A DNA stretch of 64,000 bases from a virus (IMGVR_UViG_3300020577_006545:1-64000), one strand, 5' to 3'; numbered from the stretch's first letter, positions 54,751 to 64,000 are shown. Notes: generated by a model not told the origin, from the letters alone. A program made the numbers and translations.

Positions 54751-55757
54751 TTGAAGAAGACGTAATACCCACAGTAAACAAAATAGATTTTTCGCAACTG
54801 GAGAACAAGAATGTGCTTGTTACAGGCGCAACAGGGATTGTAGGGATTTATATGTTGGCTTGTCTTGCACAAGTTCAAAAGAAATATAATATCAAAATCT
54901 ATATCTGGAATAAAAATGAAATTCCAGCATATCTAAGAAGTAGTTTCAGGTTTGAGCATGTTAAAATAACATATGATTTAACAGAGGAAAAATCATTTGA
55001 AAATCTGATGAACTTTGATTACATAATTCATGCCGCAGGATATGGGCAACCTGCAAAATTTTTAGATGATAAAATAAAAACTATAAAACTCAATACATCA
55101 TCCACAATAGGATTATTAAATAAACTGAGTAAGGATGGCAAGTTCTTATTTGTAAGCACAAGTGAATTATATAATGGATTAGAAAAAGAATTTGTAACTG
55201 AAAATGACATTGGGTCAACGTCACCTGATAACCCAAGAGCCTGTTACATAGAAGGTAAAAGAACTGGCGAAACGATATGTCATTCTTATATAGAAAAAGG
55301 TTATAATGTTAAAATAGCAAGATTGAGTTTAGGGTATGGGCCAGGAACAAAAACTGGTGACGGTAGAGTTCTAAATTCGTTTATAGAAAAAGGCATTAAG
55401 AATAATAAAATAACTTTAATGGACGCTGGGCAGGCTATCAGAACTTATTGTTATATAACAGATGTTGTAGAAATGTTTTGGAATATCCTACTATTTGGTA
55501 AAGAACATACTTATAATGTTGGTGGTAAAAGTGAAATTACGATTGATGGTCTTGCGAAAATGATTGGAAATAAAATGAATAAGGAAGTGATATTTCCAAA
55601 AGTAACTCAATCAATGAAAGGTGCCCCAGGAATTGTAAGAATTTCAATTGACAGATATTTAAAAGAATTTAACAAAAAGGATTTTGTTTCTCTAGATTAC
55701 GGACTTGATAGAACAATAGCGTGGCAAAAATACATTTATAACTATGACGGAATTTAA
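54738..55757 (+). CDS. NAD-dependent epimerase/dehydratase (UDP-glucuronate decarboxylase-like)
   Basis: VTGATGIVG, FVSTSELY, RACYIEGKR.GE, RTYCYITD. Confidence 0.88.
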   Translation: MFSIIEEDVIPTVNKIDFSQLENKNVLVTGATGIVGIYMLACLAQVQKKYNIKIYIWNKNEIPAYLRSSFRFEHVKITYDLTEEKSFENLMNFDYIIHAAGYGQPAKFLDDKIKTIKLNTSSTIGLLNKLSKDGKFLFVSTSELYNGLEKEFVTENDIGSTSPDNPRACYIEGKRTGETICHSYIEKGYNVKIARLSLGYGPGTKTGDGRVLNSFIEKGIKNNKITLMDAGQAIRTYCYITDVVEMFWNILLFGKEHTYNVGGKSEITIDGLAKMIGNKMNKEVIFPKVTQSMKGAPGIVRISIDRYLKEFNKKDFVSLDYGLDRTIAWQKYIYNYDGI

Positions 55758-56616
55758 CAAAACATTACTAATAATAGGAAGACACGCTGGCTTCTTTTCA
55801 AATGTTCTACACATTGTAGACAATTTGCAATATGCAGATAGAAATGGTTACAAGCCAGTAATTAATATGGATAGCGATAGACGTTTTCCATATTCAGATA
55901 GACGACAGGATATATGGAGCCATTACTTTAAACCAATTAATGATGGAGTTGAAGTAGGACAGGTTACTGTATCAAACATATTCAGCACAATTTCACCAAA
56001 CATAAAACCGTCTCCAAATACTAATCTAAATGATTTTGTTTTGGGTTTTGATGGCAGATCAATGTTATGGAATTTTAAACAAAGAAATGATATTGAAATG
56101 GAAAGATTCAATAGGCAAGAAATTGCAAAAGTAGTAAGCAAATACATAAAGTTATCAGATAATATGCAGGCTATTGTTGATGATTTTTATAATAAAAATT
56201 TTGGACAAAAAACACTTGGCATTCATGTTAGAGGCACAGACTATCAATTCCACGACTTTATGTCTTATGTCAGTGCTGTTAACAAACATAAAGATCAATA
56301 TGATAAAATATACCTTGCAACAGACAATAACGAAACAATAGTAAGAATGAAGGAATTATATGGGGATAAGATTTGTTTTTATGATACAACAATTAGAGCA
56401 AATAATTTTGTTGATAAGGTTGTAGTTTTTGACGATAGACTTATAAAAAACGATCAAGATAAGGTTAAACATGGAGAAGACGTTCTTATAGAGGCTTATT
56501 TATTGTCTAAGTGCGATCATTTGATTTGCATTAATTCAAATGTGCCATTGGCATCACTATACATAAACCCAAATTCTACATTTGATCTATTAGGAAGGAC
56601 AGCAATCGGAGGATAA
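55744..56616 (+). CDS. NodZ/GT23-like fucosyltransferase
   Basis: AGFFSN, LGIHVRGTD, IYLATDN, VLIEAYLLSKCDHLICINSNV. Confidence 0.8.
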   Translation: MTEFNKTLLIIGRHAGFFSNVLHIVDNLQYADRNGYKPVINMDSDRRFPYSDRRQDIWSHYFKPINDGVEVGQVTVSNIFSTISPNIKPSPNTNLNDFVLGFDGRSMLWNFKQRNDIEMERFNRQEIAKVVSKYIKLSDNMQAIVDDFYNKNFGQKTLGIHVRGTDYQFHDFMSYVSAVNKHKDQYDKIYLATDNNETIVRMKELYGDKICFYDTTIRANNFVDKVVVFDDRLIKNDQDKVKHGEDVLIEAYLLSKCDHLICINSNVPLASLYINPNSTFDLLGRTAIGG

Positions 56617-57477
56617 ATGGAAAAAACATTATTAATTACATCAAGGAACTGTGGTTTCTTTTCAAATTTTATGCACATTGTAGATAATCTACAATGGTGT
56701 GACGACAATGGGTATAAGCCGGTTATTCAGTTAGAGTACAGACCAGTTCTTCCACTACATCAAGGATGGCAATATTCTGACGGTAGACCAGATGTTTGGA
56801 ATTATTTCTTTAAACCAGTGAGTGATAATATTGAAACTGGCAATGTTGAGTATTCTTATTTCTTTAAACTGTCAAACTATATTATGCATGATGGCTGGGA
56901 CAATGGACAGAACAAGGGATATATTTGGGATTTAACACAACAAGGAAGGACGGACGAAATTCTTGCTAATAGAAAGAGAGTTCACGCAACTATAGAAAAA
57001 TATATAAAACCGTCTGATATCACTGCACAAATAATAAATGATTTTAAAGCAAAACATTTTACTGGCAAAGTTCTTGGCGTTCATGTCAGAGGAACTGACT
57101 ATCGTTTCCATGATTTTGATGCCTATGTAAATGCAATTAGACAATATGAAAAAGATTATGATAAGATTTATGTTGCCACAGATAATAAAGAAACAATTAC
57201 AAGAATGAAAGAACTTTTTGGTGATAAAGTTTGTTATTATGAAACAGAATTAAGATCGGAAAAATTCATTGATAAGGTTGTTGTATTTAATGGTGATGTT
57301 TTAAAAACAGGGGCAGATCATTTGAAACATGGGCAGGATGTGCTTGTTGAAGCATTATTGTGCTCCAGTTGCGACAGATTTATATGTATTAACTCTGGTG
57401 TTGCCTGCTCAGTGCTGTACCTGTCAGACCCTGAAATGCCTTATACAATGGTAGGGAGAACAAGTATAGGAGGATAA
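56617..57477 (+). CDS. NodZ/GT23-like fucosyltransferase (tandem paralog)
   Basis: CGFFSN, LGVHVRGTD, IYVATDN, VLVEALLCSSCDRFICINSGV. Confidence 0.8.
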   Translation: MEKTLLITSRNCGFFSNFMHIVDNLQWCDDNGYKPVIQLEYRPVLPLHQGWQYSDGRPDVWNYFFKPVSDNIETGNVEYSYFFKLSNYIMHDGWDNGQNKGYIWDLTQQGRTDEILANRKRVHATIEKYIKPSDITAQIINDFKAKHFTGKVLGVHVRGTDYRFHDFDAYVNAIRQYEKDYDKIYVATDNKETITRMKELFGDKVCYYETELRSEKFIDKVVVFNGDVLKTGADHLKHGQDVLVEALLCSSCDRFICINSGVACSVLYLSDPEMPYTMVGRTSIGG

Positions 57478-58089
57478 ATGGAAATAAATTTACAAAGACA
57501 AAAAGTGCAAGGTGTAGACTTCTTATCAATAGATGGTAAAAGACATGCAATGCAATCATATAATGTATTGCATGATTTAAAATTATTGAAAGAGCAGTAT
57601 GACGCAGATTACATTATAGAAATAGGAACGTCGTTTGGTATATTGACATTGATATTAGCACAGATGTTTGATAAAGCAAAATTAATATCGTTTGATATTA
57701 ACAATGGTATTTTTGACAAAGAGATAGAAGATGCACTTCACGCACAAGAAAATGTGGAATTGGTTATTGAAGATTGTTTCACGGAGAACAGTGTAAAAAG
57801 GATCACAGATATTATAAACAGTCATAAAAAAGTTATCATTATGTGTGACGGTGGAGACAAACCAAGAGAATTCAACCTGTTCAGCAAACTAATGCAAAGT
57901 GGTCATATTATAATGGCTCACGATTATATCAAAGACCATAGTTTAAGTGGTGAATACAGAAATAAAATATGGAATTGGTTTGAGACTACTGAAAGTGACA
58001 TTACAAACGCCTGTAAAGAAAATAATTTGAAAGAATTTTTACAGGAAGATTTTTACGATTCCGTTTGGGCGATAAGAGTTAAAGAATGA
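57478..58089 (+). CDS. Class I methyltransferase (CmcI/Methyltransf_24-like)
   Basis: IIEIGTSFG, SFDI, CDGG, IMAHD. Confidence 0.8.
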   Translation: MEINLQRQKVQGVDFLSIDGKRHAMQSYNVLHDLKLLKEQYDADYIIEIGTSFGILTLILAQMFDKAKLISFDINNGIFDKEIEDALHAQENVELVIEDCFTENSVKRITDIINSHKKVIIMCDGGDKPREFNLFSKLMQSGHIIMAHDYIKDHSLSGEYRNKIWNWFETTESDITNACKENNLKEFLQEDFYDSVWAIRVKE

Positions 58090-58694
58090 GTATAGGTCAT
58101 TATTATAATTATTTAAGAACAAACCAAATTATTGAAAATAATTTGGTTGTTAGTGGAGGGATACTATTAACAGAAGCAGAAGCAAAAAATATTTGTAAAT
58201 TAATAGAAACAGTTTCGTCTATTGATGGCAATATTATTGAAGTAGGAACATTTAACGGTGGCAGTGCTTTTTTGATGAGTAAAGCTACTAATAAACAAAT
58301 TTATACTATTGATACATTTGAAGGGTTAGCAGACGTTAATTCTAAAATTGATGGTGGTTTAAAAAATAAAACGATTGCTTCAAAATACGAAAATACTATT
58401 TCGTTATTAAGTGATTGTAAAAATGTAGAAGTGATAAGAGGGTACTTTCCAGACGTTGTGAGAGAACGATTTCAAAATGAAAAATTTTCTTTTGTCCATT
58501 TAGATGTGGATACATTTCTATCAACACTAAACTCATTGAAATATTTGTATAGTAAAGTAACAAAAGGCGGGATAATTTTAACACACGATTACAAAACATT
58601 ATCTGGAGTTGCTAAAGCATTTGATTTCTTTTTTAGAAGAAGAGAAAAAATTCAAACAGGTTCAGATTCGCAGGCTTGGATTGTAAAAGAATAA
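58086..58694 (+). CDS. TylF/MycF-family O-methyltransferase
   Basis: IIEVGTFNGG, IDTFEGL, RGYFPD, FSFVHLDVD..ST, GGIILTHDY. Confidence 0.88.
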   Translation: MSIGHYYNYLRTNQIIENNLVVSGGILLTEAEAKNICKLIETVSSIDGNIIEVGTFNGGSAFLMSKATNKQIYTIDTFEGLADVNSKIDGGLKNKTIASKYENTISLLSDCKNVEVIRGYFPDVVRERFQNEKFSFVHLDVDTFLSTLNSLKYLYSKVTKGGIILTHDYKTLSGVAKAFDFFFRRREKIQTGSDSQAWIVKE

Positions 58695-58707
58695 AAAAGG
58701 TAAATAT

Positions 58708-59622
58708 ATGAGTATAATAATAAACAGTGCAGATATAGAAGACATTTTAAGATTTAAAATAAGTAATAGATCAAGGGAAATGGCTTTAGATTTTGATATG
58801 AAGTTTGAGAATTTAACGGATGAAGAATACGTTCAATATATTTATAATGTTAGAGATGTTCTTTTAAAAGACATCGTATACAGCGGTGAACATAGAGCAG
58901 GACAATGGGATGATGGATGGAGAGAAAATCTAAATTTATTTCTTGAGACAAAAGATTTAAATTTATTAATACCGAAGTATCACGGGAAATACAATCTGTT
59001 AAGATGGAAGGGAAATGTTGTAAGGGCAGTAACTAAAAATCTTGATTACAAATTGCATATCTGTTTTGTAGACGCGATAACGGACCACTATCTAAAAGAC
59101 TGTAATCATATTTGGGAATTTGGTTGTGGACCAGCATATCATTTAATCAGAAGACAATTAAGTGGAGACACACGCAATCTTTATGGATGTGATTGGGCTA
59201 AGTCATCACAGGAAATAATTGAAGAAGTGAATAAAGCAATAGGCACTACAATTAAAGGACATAATCTTGATTTCTTTAAACCTGATTATTCTATAGAAGT
59301 TCCAGAGAATAGCGGGTTTTACACAGTAGCCGCACTTGAACAGGTGGGTGAAAAATACAAAGAGTTTGTAGATTGGATATTGAAAAAGAAACCGTCTATT
59401 GTTGTTAACATTGAACCTATTGACGAACTTCTAAATCCAAGAAATCTTCTTGACTTTCTTTCTATAATGTATTTTAGAAAGAGAAAATATCTTGATAAAT
59501 ATTTACCGTATCTTGAGCAACTTGAGAAAGAAGGTAAAATAGAAATAATTAAAAAACAAAGAACGTTCACTGGATCGTATTTTGTGGATGGTCATTCACT
59601 AATAGTATGGAGGGTAAAATGA
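58708..59622 (+). CDS. Class I SAM-dependent methyltransferase-like protein
   Basis: WEFGCGP, YGCDWA, TVAALEQ, NIEPI.E. Confidence 0.75.
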   Translation: MSIIINSADIEDILRFKISNRSREMALDFDMKFENLTDEEYVQYIYNVRDVLLKDIVYSGEHRAGQWDDGWRENLNLFLETKDLNLLIPKYHGKYNLLRWKGNVVRAVTKNLDYKLHICFVDAITDHYLKDCNHIWEFGCGPAYHLIRRQLSGDTRNLYGCDWAKSSQEIIEEVNKAIGTTIKGHNLDFFKPDYSIEVPENSGFYTVAALEQVGEKYKEFVDWILKKKPSIVVNIEPIDELLNPRNLLDFLSIMYFRKRKYLDKYLPYLEQLEKEGKIEIIKKQRTFTGSYFVDGHSLIVWRVK

Positions 59623-60542
59623 GAGTATTAATAACTGGTGGAGCTGGGTACAAAGGAGTTGTATTAACAAAAAAATTATTAGACGCAGGGCATGATGTGA
59701 CTATCCTTGATAACTTTATGTATGGATACAGTAGTGTTATGCACCTTGTTAACCATCCTAAATTTTCAGTATTGAAAGTTGATGTAAGAAATTTAAAAGA
59801 GAAAGATATAAGTGGTTATGATGTTGTCTATCACCTTGCTGGTATTTCTGGTATGCCTGCATGTGCCGCCAACCCTGCTTCGGCTGAAGCAATTAATGTT
59901 CACTCAACAAGACAGCTAGTAAAATTTCTCTCAAAAGATCAAATTCTGATTAACGCATCAACAACATCAATGTATGGTGCTAATGATAAAATATGTGACG
60001 AGAACACAAATATTGAACCAGAGAAACTAAGCCTTTATGGTAAAACAAAGTATGAAGCAGAAAGGATTGTTCAAGAAAGAGAAGGGAGCATTTCTTTAAG
60101 ATTTGCTACTGTATTTGGCGTTTCACCAAGGATGAGAAATGAACTCCTCCCAAATGACTTTGTTTATAAGGCAATTAATGATAGAAGTATTGTTATGTTT
60201 GCAAGTAATTCAAAGAGAACATTCGTTCATATTACAGATGCTATCAACGCTTATGCTTTCGCTCTTGAAAACTACGATAAAATGAAAGGCGAAGTATATA
60301 ATGTCGGAACAGCAAAAATGAATTTGTCAAAAATGGACATTGCTCTTGAGATTAGCAAATACATTAAATGCGAATTGATTGACAGTTCGCTTCCAGATGC
60401 TGATATTAGAAACTTTGAAATCTCGTTTGACAAATTACATTCTTTAGGGTATGATGTTAAGTACACATTTGAAGATGGTATAAAGGAATTGGTAAAACTT
60501 TATTCATTCTATGTGCAATATCTACCTTACCAAATAATTTAG
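59607..60542 (+). CDS. NAD-dependent epimerase/dehydratase
   Basis: ITGGAGYKG, YHLA, YGKTKYEAE, LRFATVFG.SPRMR; probable start 59619. Confidence 0.9.
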   Translation: MEGKMRVLITGGAGYKGVVLTKKLLDAGHDVTILDNFMYGYSSVMHLVNHPKFSVLKVDVRNLKEKDISGYDVVYHLAGISGMPACAANPASAEAINVHSTRQLVKFLSKDQILINASTTSMYGANDKICDENTNIEPEKLSLYGKTKYEAERIVQEREGSISLRFATVFGVSPRMRNELLPNDFVYKAINDRSIVMFASNSKRTFVHITDAINAYAFALENYDKMKGEVYNVGTAKMNLSKMDIALEISKYIKCELIDSSLPDADIRNFEISFDKLHSLGYDVKYTFEDGIKELVKLYSFYVQYLPYQII

Positions 60543-60543
60543 A

Positions 60544-61056
60544 ATGGTTTATTACAGTAGCAACGGGAACATATCACATATAGATTTAGAAAGAGAAAGT
60601 TCCCCTGACTACATTTTAGAAGCAGTTAAAAGCGGATACAAAGTAAGATTTTGTATCCGCTTAATGAGTGACGATAATCTCTGGATAGGTGAACATGAGG
60701 CAAAGTATAAAATAGAAGACATTGATTTTCTATTTAAAAATTCAAAACATTTCTTAATACATTGTAAGAACATAAGTTCATTACATAAATTACGTGAGAT
60801 TGATTTAAAAAAACAGTTGCATTATTATTATCATGCAACAGATAATGTATCAATTTCTTCAAAAGGATATTTCTTAATAGATTATGGTAAACGGCCTCTT
60901 GGAGAAAATGTTATTGCGATGTTTCCAGAAGACACAGATTATCAGATAAGTGATTTGAAAAAATGTTTTGGTGTATGTTCAGGCAACATAGAATTCTATA
61001 AGAAATTAATTGAAAATGAAACATCTGGAAGTAATACAAAATCAATATCTGCCTGA
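60544..61056 (+). CDS. Degenerate PLC-like/glycerophosphodiesterase-fold protein
   Basis: ESSPDYILEAV..GY, IHCKN, YYYH..D, ..GVCS. Confidence 0.5.
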   Translation: MVYYSSNGNISHIDLERESSPDYILEAVKSGYKVRFCIRLMSDDNLWIGEHEAKYKIEDIDFLFKNSKHFLIHCKNISSLHKLREIDLKKQLHYYYHATDNVSISSKGYFLIDYGKRPLGENVIAMFPEDTDYQISDLKKCFGVCSGNIEFYKKLIENETSGSNTKSISA

Positions 61057-61513
61057 AAATTTAGAAGAAGTGATGGAGGTAGTTATTGATACTATTCCTA
61101 AATTATCATTTCTTGATAAAACGACAAAAATTGATGTTAAATTTGACGCGCAAGCGATTAGAGCATCAGTGTTTAAAAGTAATAATATGGACACATTTAT
61201 GTCAAAAATTGTAGTTAATCTATATCCATATTTGAACGATTTAAAATTATATTTTGCAAGAAGAAGAGTTGGAGAACACTTTACTCTTTCTATTGAGGAT
61301 GTAGCGGATTACCATAGATTTCATATTATAGTTCCTTATTATCTTCTTGATTTTAAAGCATTAACAGAAGAAGAAAAAATTTACTGTGTTGAACAAATAG
61401 GTAAACACTACAAGTTTAATCTAACATTAGACCCGCACGACATTGGTAATGTTATGTGGATAAAGGAACATGATTTTGAATTCTATCACAAATACAGGTT
61501 ACTATTACAATGA
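61010..61513 (+). CDS. KY[KR]LL-domain family protein
   Basis: LTEEEKIY...FEFYHKYRLLLQ*. Confidence 0.65.
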   Translation: MKMKHLEVIQNQYLPENLEEVMEVVIDTIPKLSFLDKTTKIDVKFDAQAIRASVFKSNNMDTFMSKIVVNLYPYLNDLKLYFARRRVGEHFTLSIEDVADYHRFHIIVPYYLLDFKALTEEEKIYCVEQIGKHYKFNLTLDPHDIGNVMWIKEHDFEFYHKYRLLLQ

Positions 61514-62124
61514 ATATAAATTTTACAAATGAGAAGACTTTACAAGGTCTTAAGCTATCAAACTTTCTTCATATCAAAGAAAGGAGGTTTGTCAATTCTG
61601 TTAAAGAAAAAATAGTAAGTGTTATTAATGATAAACTACAAAAACAGGAATTATTTACTTTATGTGAAATTGAGTTTGATAATGATTTTACTAAATTAGA
61701 AAGTTTATCAAATGAGAAAAAAATGATTTTGTCAGTGTTTCACGAAACAGAAGTTGAAAATAACATACTCCCAATCTATGTGACGTTGCATCTGTTTACA
61801 AAAAATTTGAAAATGTATTTGTTTAATAGAACACTGTTAAAAGAACAAATTGCAAGATTTTTTACATACGAAGAAAAATTTTTTTATGAAAAAACTGAAT
61901 ACCTTCTAACTATGATGACAGGGGCATTCTGCCTTGATTTTAAAGAATTGCCAGAAGAAGAAAAATTAACTGCACTTGATATATGCAAAGATACCCCATT
62001 GTTTTTATATCCTCCTAATATTGGCTCTCCAGTTTTTCATAATGTAAGACCCACTCTTGATATAGATTGGGTAAGACAAAATGATACCCTATTTTATCAA
62101 AAATACCGATTATTATTTGAGTAA
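61510..62124 (+). CDS. KY[KR]LL-domain family protein
   Basis: LPEEEKLT...TLFYQKYRLLFE*. Confidence 0.65.
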   Translation: MNINFTNEKTLQGLKLSNFLHIKERRFVNSVKEKIVSVINDKLQKQELFTLCEIEFDNDFTKLESLSNEKKMILSVFHETEVENNILPIYVTLHLFTKNLKMYLFNRTLLKEQIARFFTYEEKFFYEKTEYLLTMMTGAFCLDFKELPEEEKLTALDICKDTPLFLYPPNIGSPVFHNVRPTLDIDWVRQNDTLFYQKYRLLFE

Positions 62125-62145
62125 TCTTAAAAGATAGTAGAGACA

Positions 62146-63051
62146 ATGAAACTCCTATGGATTGTGTCCTACAAACAAGAAGATAGCTTTGAAAAAGCAA
62201 TCTTCGATCTCCCTTTCAAAAACTATTTAGATAAAAATAAAATAGAATATGTTAGATACGACTACTATACTCAAGAAAAAACATTAAAGAAGTTCGTAAA
62301 TGAATATTCAAAAGATGAAAGTTTTGACTTCATTGTAATACCAGTTAGTGAAAATGATTTTCAACAAGTAGACCTCTCTAATAAAAAGGCTAATTCACAC
62401 ACAAAGATCATCTATGTTGTTACGGGTGAAGGTGAGAAACTTGTAGACGAGTTTGCCGGTATAACATTAAGAGACGCAGAAGACACAACTATTGTTACTC
62501 TTGAAGCAACACAAGGAAGATACTTGAAACATACTGTCTTTACTGAAAAAGTAAAACTTAATTATTTTGTAAATGAGTATGTTTTTGAAAAAGACAATAA
62601 TGACTACAAAAATAAAAACGTAGACGTTTCTTTCTTTGGTTCAAAGAATAAGAAGAGAGAAAAAATCATTCAAGAGTTGAAAAATAATAATATAAATGTT
62701 GTATGTTATGGTGATGGGTGGGAATTTCCAAGGCATAACTTGAATTTCCAGAAAAATGTATTAAACCGTTCGTGGTTAACGGTTGTCACAGACAATAGAC
62801 TTAAACCATTACATCTTGAAGCTATAGCGTGTGGTTCATTACCAATTGCTAAGAAATGCGCCCAATATATCAAAATGTTCAATAAAATAGATAATCTTCC
62901 TATATATAAGGATGAAGAAGAATTAGTCAAAATCGTAAAAGAGTATCTGAGTAATAAAGATAAGATCAAGCAGACCGAAATCCTGCTTGGGATTACGAAC
63001 AAGAAATATGTCTCAGATTTGTTTTTTAAAAGACTTTTCAAAAAACTATGA
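62146..63051 (+). CDS. CgeB-like (GT-B) glycosyltransferase
   Basis: DVSFFGS..KKREK, VVCYGDGW, HLEAIACG. Confidence 0.75.
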   Translation: MKLLWIVSYKQEDSFEKAIFDLPFKNYLDKNKIEYVRYDYYTQEKTLKKFVNEYSKDESFDFIVIPVSENDFQQVDLSNKKANSHTKIIYVVTGEGEKLVDEFAGITLRDAEDTTIVTLEATQGRYLKHTVFTEKVKLNYFVNEYVFEKDNNDYKNKNVDVSFFGSKNKKREKIIQELKNNNINVVCYGDGWEFPRHNLNFQKNVLNRSWLTVVTDNRLKPLHLEAIACGSLPIAKKCAQYIKMFNKIDNLPIYKDEEELVKIVKEYLSNKDKIKQTEILLGITNKKYVSDLFFKRLFKKL

Positions 63052-63346
63052 TGACGTATTATTTTATCATTTTGGCGAATTAGAAATACACTCACCGTAT
63101 AAGAATTTATATGAAGCAAACGGGTTCATATTTAAGAAAGATAAACTATATATATTTAGGGCAGAGGTTTATTTATTTCAGGGTGTTAACATACAATTGG
63201 ATGTCTATCTCGTTATAGAAGACAGAACACATCCAGCAAAGACATTTAATGATTTTGATGAAGATGAATATTTTGATACGATAAATTATGAAGAATATCT
63301 TCTACCATTTATTATCAAGACGATTGACAATGAAAACTTGCCCTGA
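62987..63346 (+). CDS. Hypothetical protein
   Basis: ORF between CgeB-like gene and promoter; start uncertain. Confidence 0.45.
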   Translation: MGLRTRNMSQICFLKDFSKNYDDVLFYHFGELEIHSPYKNLYEANGFIFKKDKLYIFRAEVYLFQGVNIQLDVYLVIEDRTHPAKTFNDFDEDEYFDTINYEEYLLPFIIKTIDNENLP

Positions 63347-63352
63347 TATAAT
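63324..63352 (+). promoter_or_regulatory. Consensus sigma70 promoter
   Basis: TTGACA-17-TATAAT, followed by GGAGG SD. Confidence 0.9.
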
Positions 63353-63370
63353 AAACAAATTGGAGGAATA

Positions 63371-64000
63371 ATGAAAAAGATATTGATTACCGGAACTTCA
63401 GGATTTTTAGGACGAAATGTTTTAAAAGAATTCAAGGAAACAGAATATGATCTACTTGTGCCTAAAAGTAAGCAGTTGAACTTATTAGATGAAAATAAAA
63501 CGAAGAAGTATCTACAGAAATTTAAACCAGATACGGTTATCCATCTTGCCGGTTCCGTAGGCGGAATTGGTGCTAATAAAGTAAACCCAGGGAAATTCTT
63601 TTACGAAAATATGAAAATGGGTATGAACCTAATTCACCTATCAAAAGAATGTGGTGTTAAACATTTTGTTATGACAGGAACTATCTGTTCGTATCCTGGA
63701 AATACTCCAGTGCCATTTAAAGAAGACAATCTATGGAATGGATACCCTGAGCCAACTAATGCTCCTTACGGAATTGCAAAAAAAGCATTATTAGTTATGT
63801 TGCAATCATATAAACAACAATATGATTTTAATTTCGTTAATATTCTTCCAGTGAATATGGCTGGTGAATACGATCACTTTGATCTTGAAAATTCTCATGT
63901 TATTCCAGCGATGATTAGAAAAATTCAATCAGCAATTGATGCTGGTGAACAATACATTACTCTTTGGGGTGACGGAAGTCCAACAAGAGAATTTATTGAT
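63371..64000 (+). CDS. fcl: GDP-L-fucose synthase (3'-truncated by window; not in ORF track)
   Basis: ITGTSGFLG, HLAGSVGGIGAN, ICSYP, EPTNAPYGIAK, SHVIPAMIRK, LWGDGSPTREFI. Confidence 0.93.
   Translation, partial: MKKILITGTSGFLGRNVLKEFKETEYDLLVPKSKQLNLLDENKTKKYLQKFKPDTVIHLAGSVGGIGANKVNPGKFFYENMKMGMNLIHLSKECGVKHFVMTGTICSYPGNTPVPFKEDNLWNGYPEPTNAPYGIAKKALLVMLQSYKQQYDFNFVNILPVNMAGEYDHFDLENSHVIPAMIRKIQSAIDAGEQYITLWGDGSPTREFID

Noticed and set aside
406-60466. Many short antisense or nested ORFs in the track (e.g. 1147-1461, 8596-8850, 29385-29747, 46757-47338)
   Set aside because: They lie opposite well-supported genes, with no motifs or start signals; treated as shadow ORFs.
27663-62124. KY[KR]LL tails as a DNA repeat (attC-like cassette site)
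   Set aside because: Third positions vary freely and no palindromic structure is seen; conservation is at protein level.

Overview
AT-rich (~30% GC by eye), gene-dense 64 kb segment that reads as part of a large (jumbo-type) tailed phage genome. The host is possibly a spirochaete such as Leptospira; this is inferred from lipoprotein-like signal peptides only. Left end (1-11 kb): virion-type genes plus an envelope cassette (SGNH lipoprotein, FecR, M23). 11-33 kb: nucleotide and replication genes (thyX, class II nrdJ, an N-terminal-only dnaE, primase, BCS1-like AAA ATPase, ATP-dependent ligase) and a Ro60/TROVE operon. 34-36 kb: putative lysis genes. 36-64 kb: a ~28 kb glycosylation island with 11 glycosyltransferases, 5 methyltransferases, a split transketolase, epimerases and GDP-fucose synthase. 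Three things stand out. (1) At least four free-standing homing-endonuclease cassettes (GIY-YIG, two HNH, LAGLIDADG) appear to have inserted inside genes while supplying a recoded replacement copy of the disrupted gene terminus, leaving the old terminus as a ghost on the far side. (2) A family of 16 ORFs shares a C-terminal domain ending in [FY]xxxxP[ED]FYEKY[KR]LLL behind unrelated N-termini. (3) Four tandem Y-RNA-like genes lie upstream of Ro60, two with tRNA-mimic modules and one with a CUCAUAA (tRNA-Met-type) anticodon loop. Also seen: many leaderless sigma70 promoters and one perfect sigma54 promoter. All assignments come from reading motifs by eye; no database searches were run.
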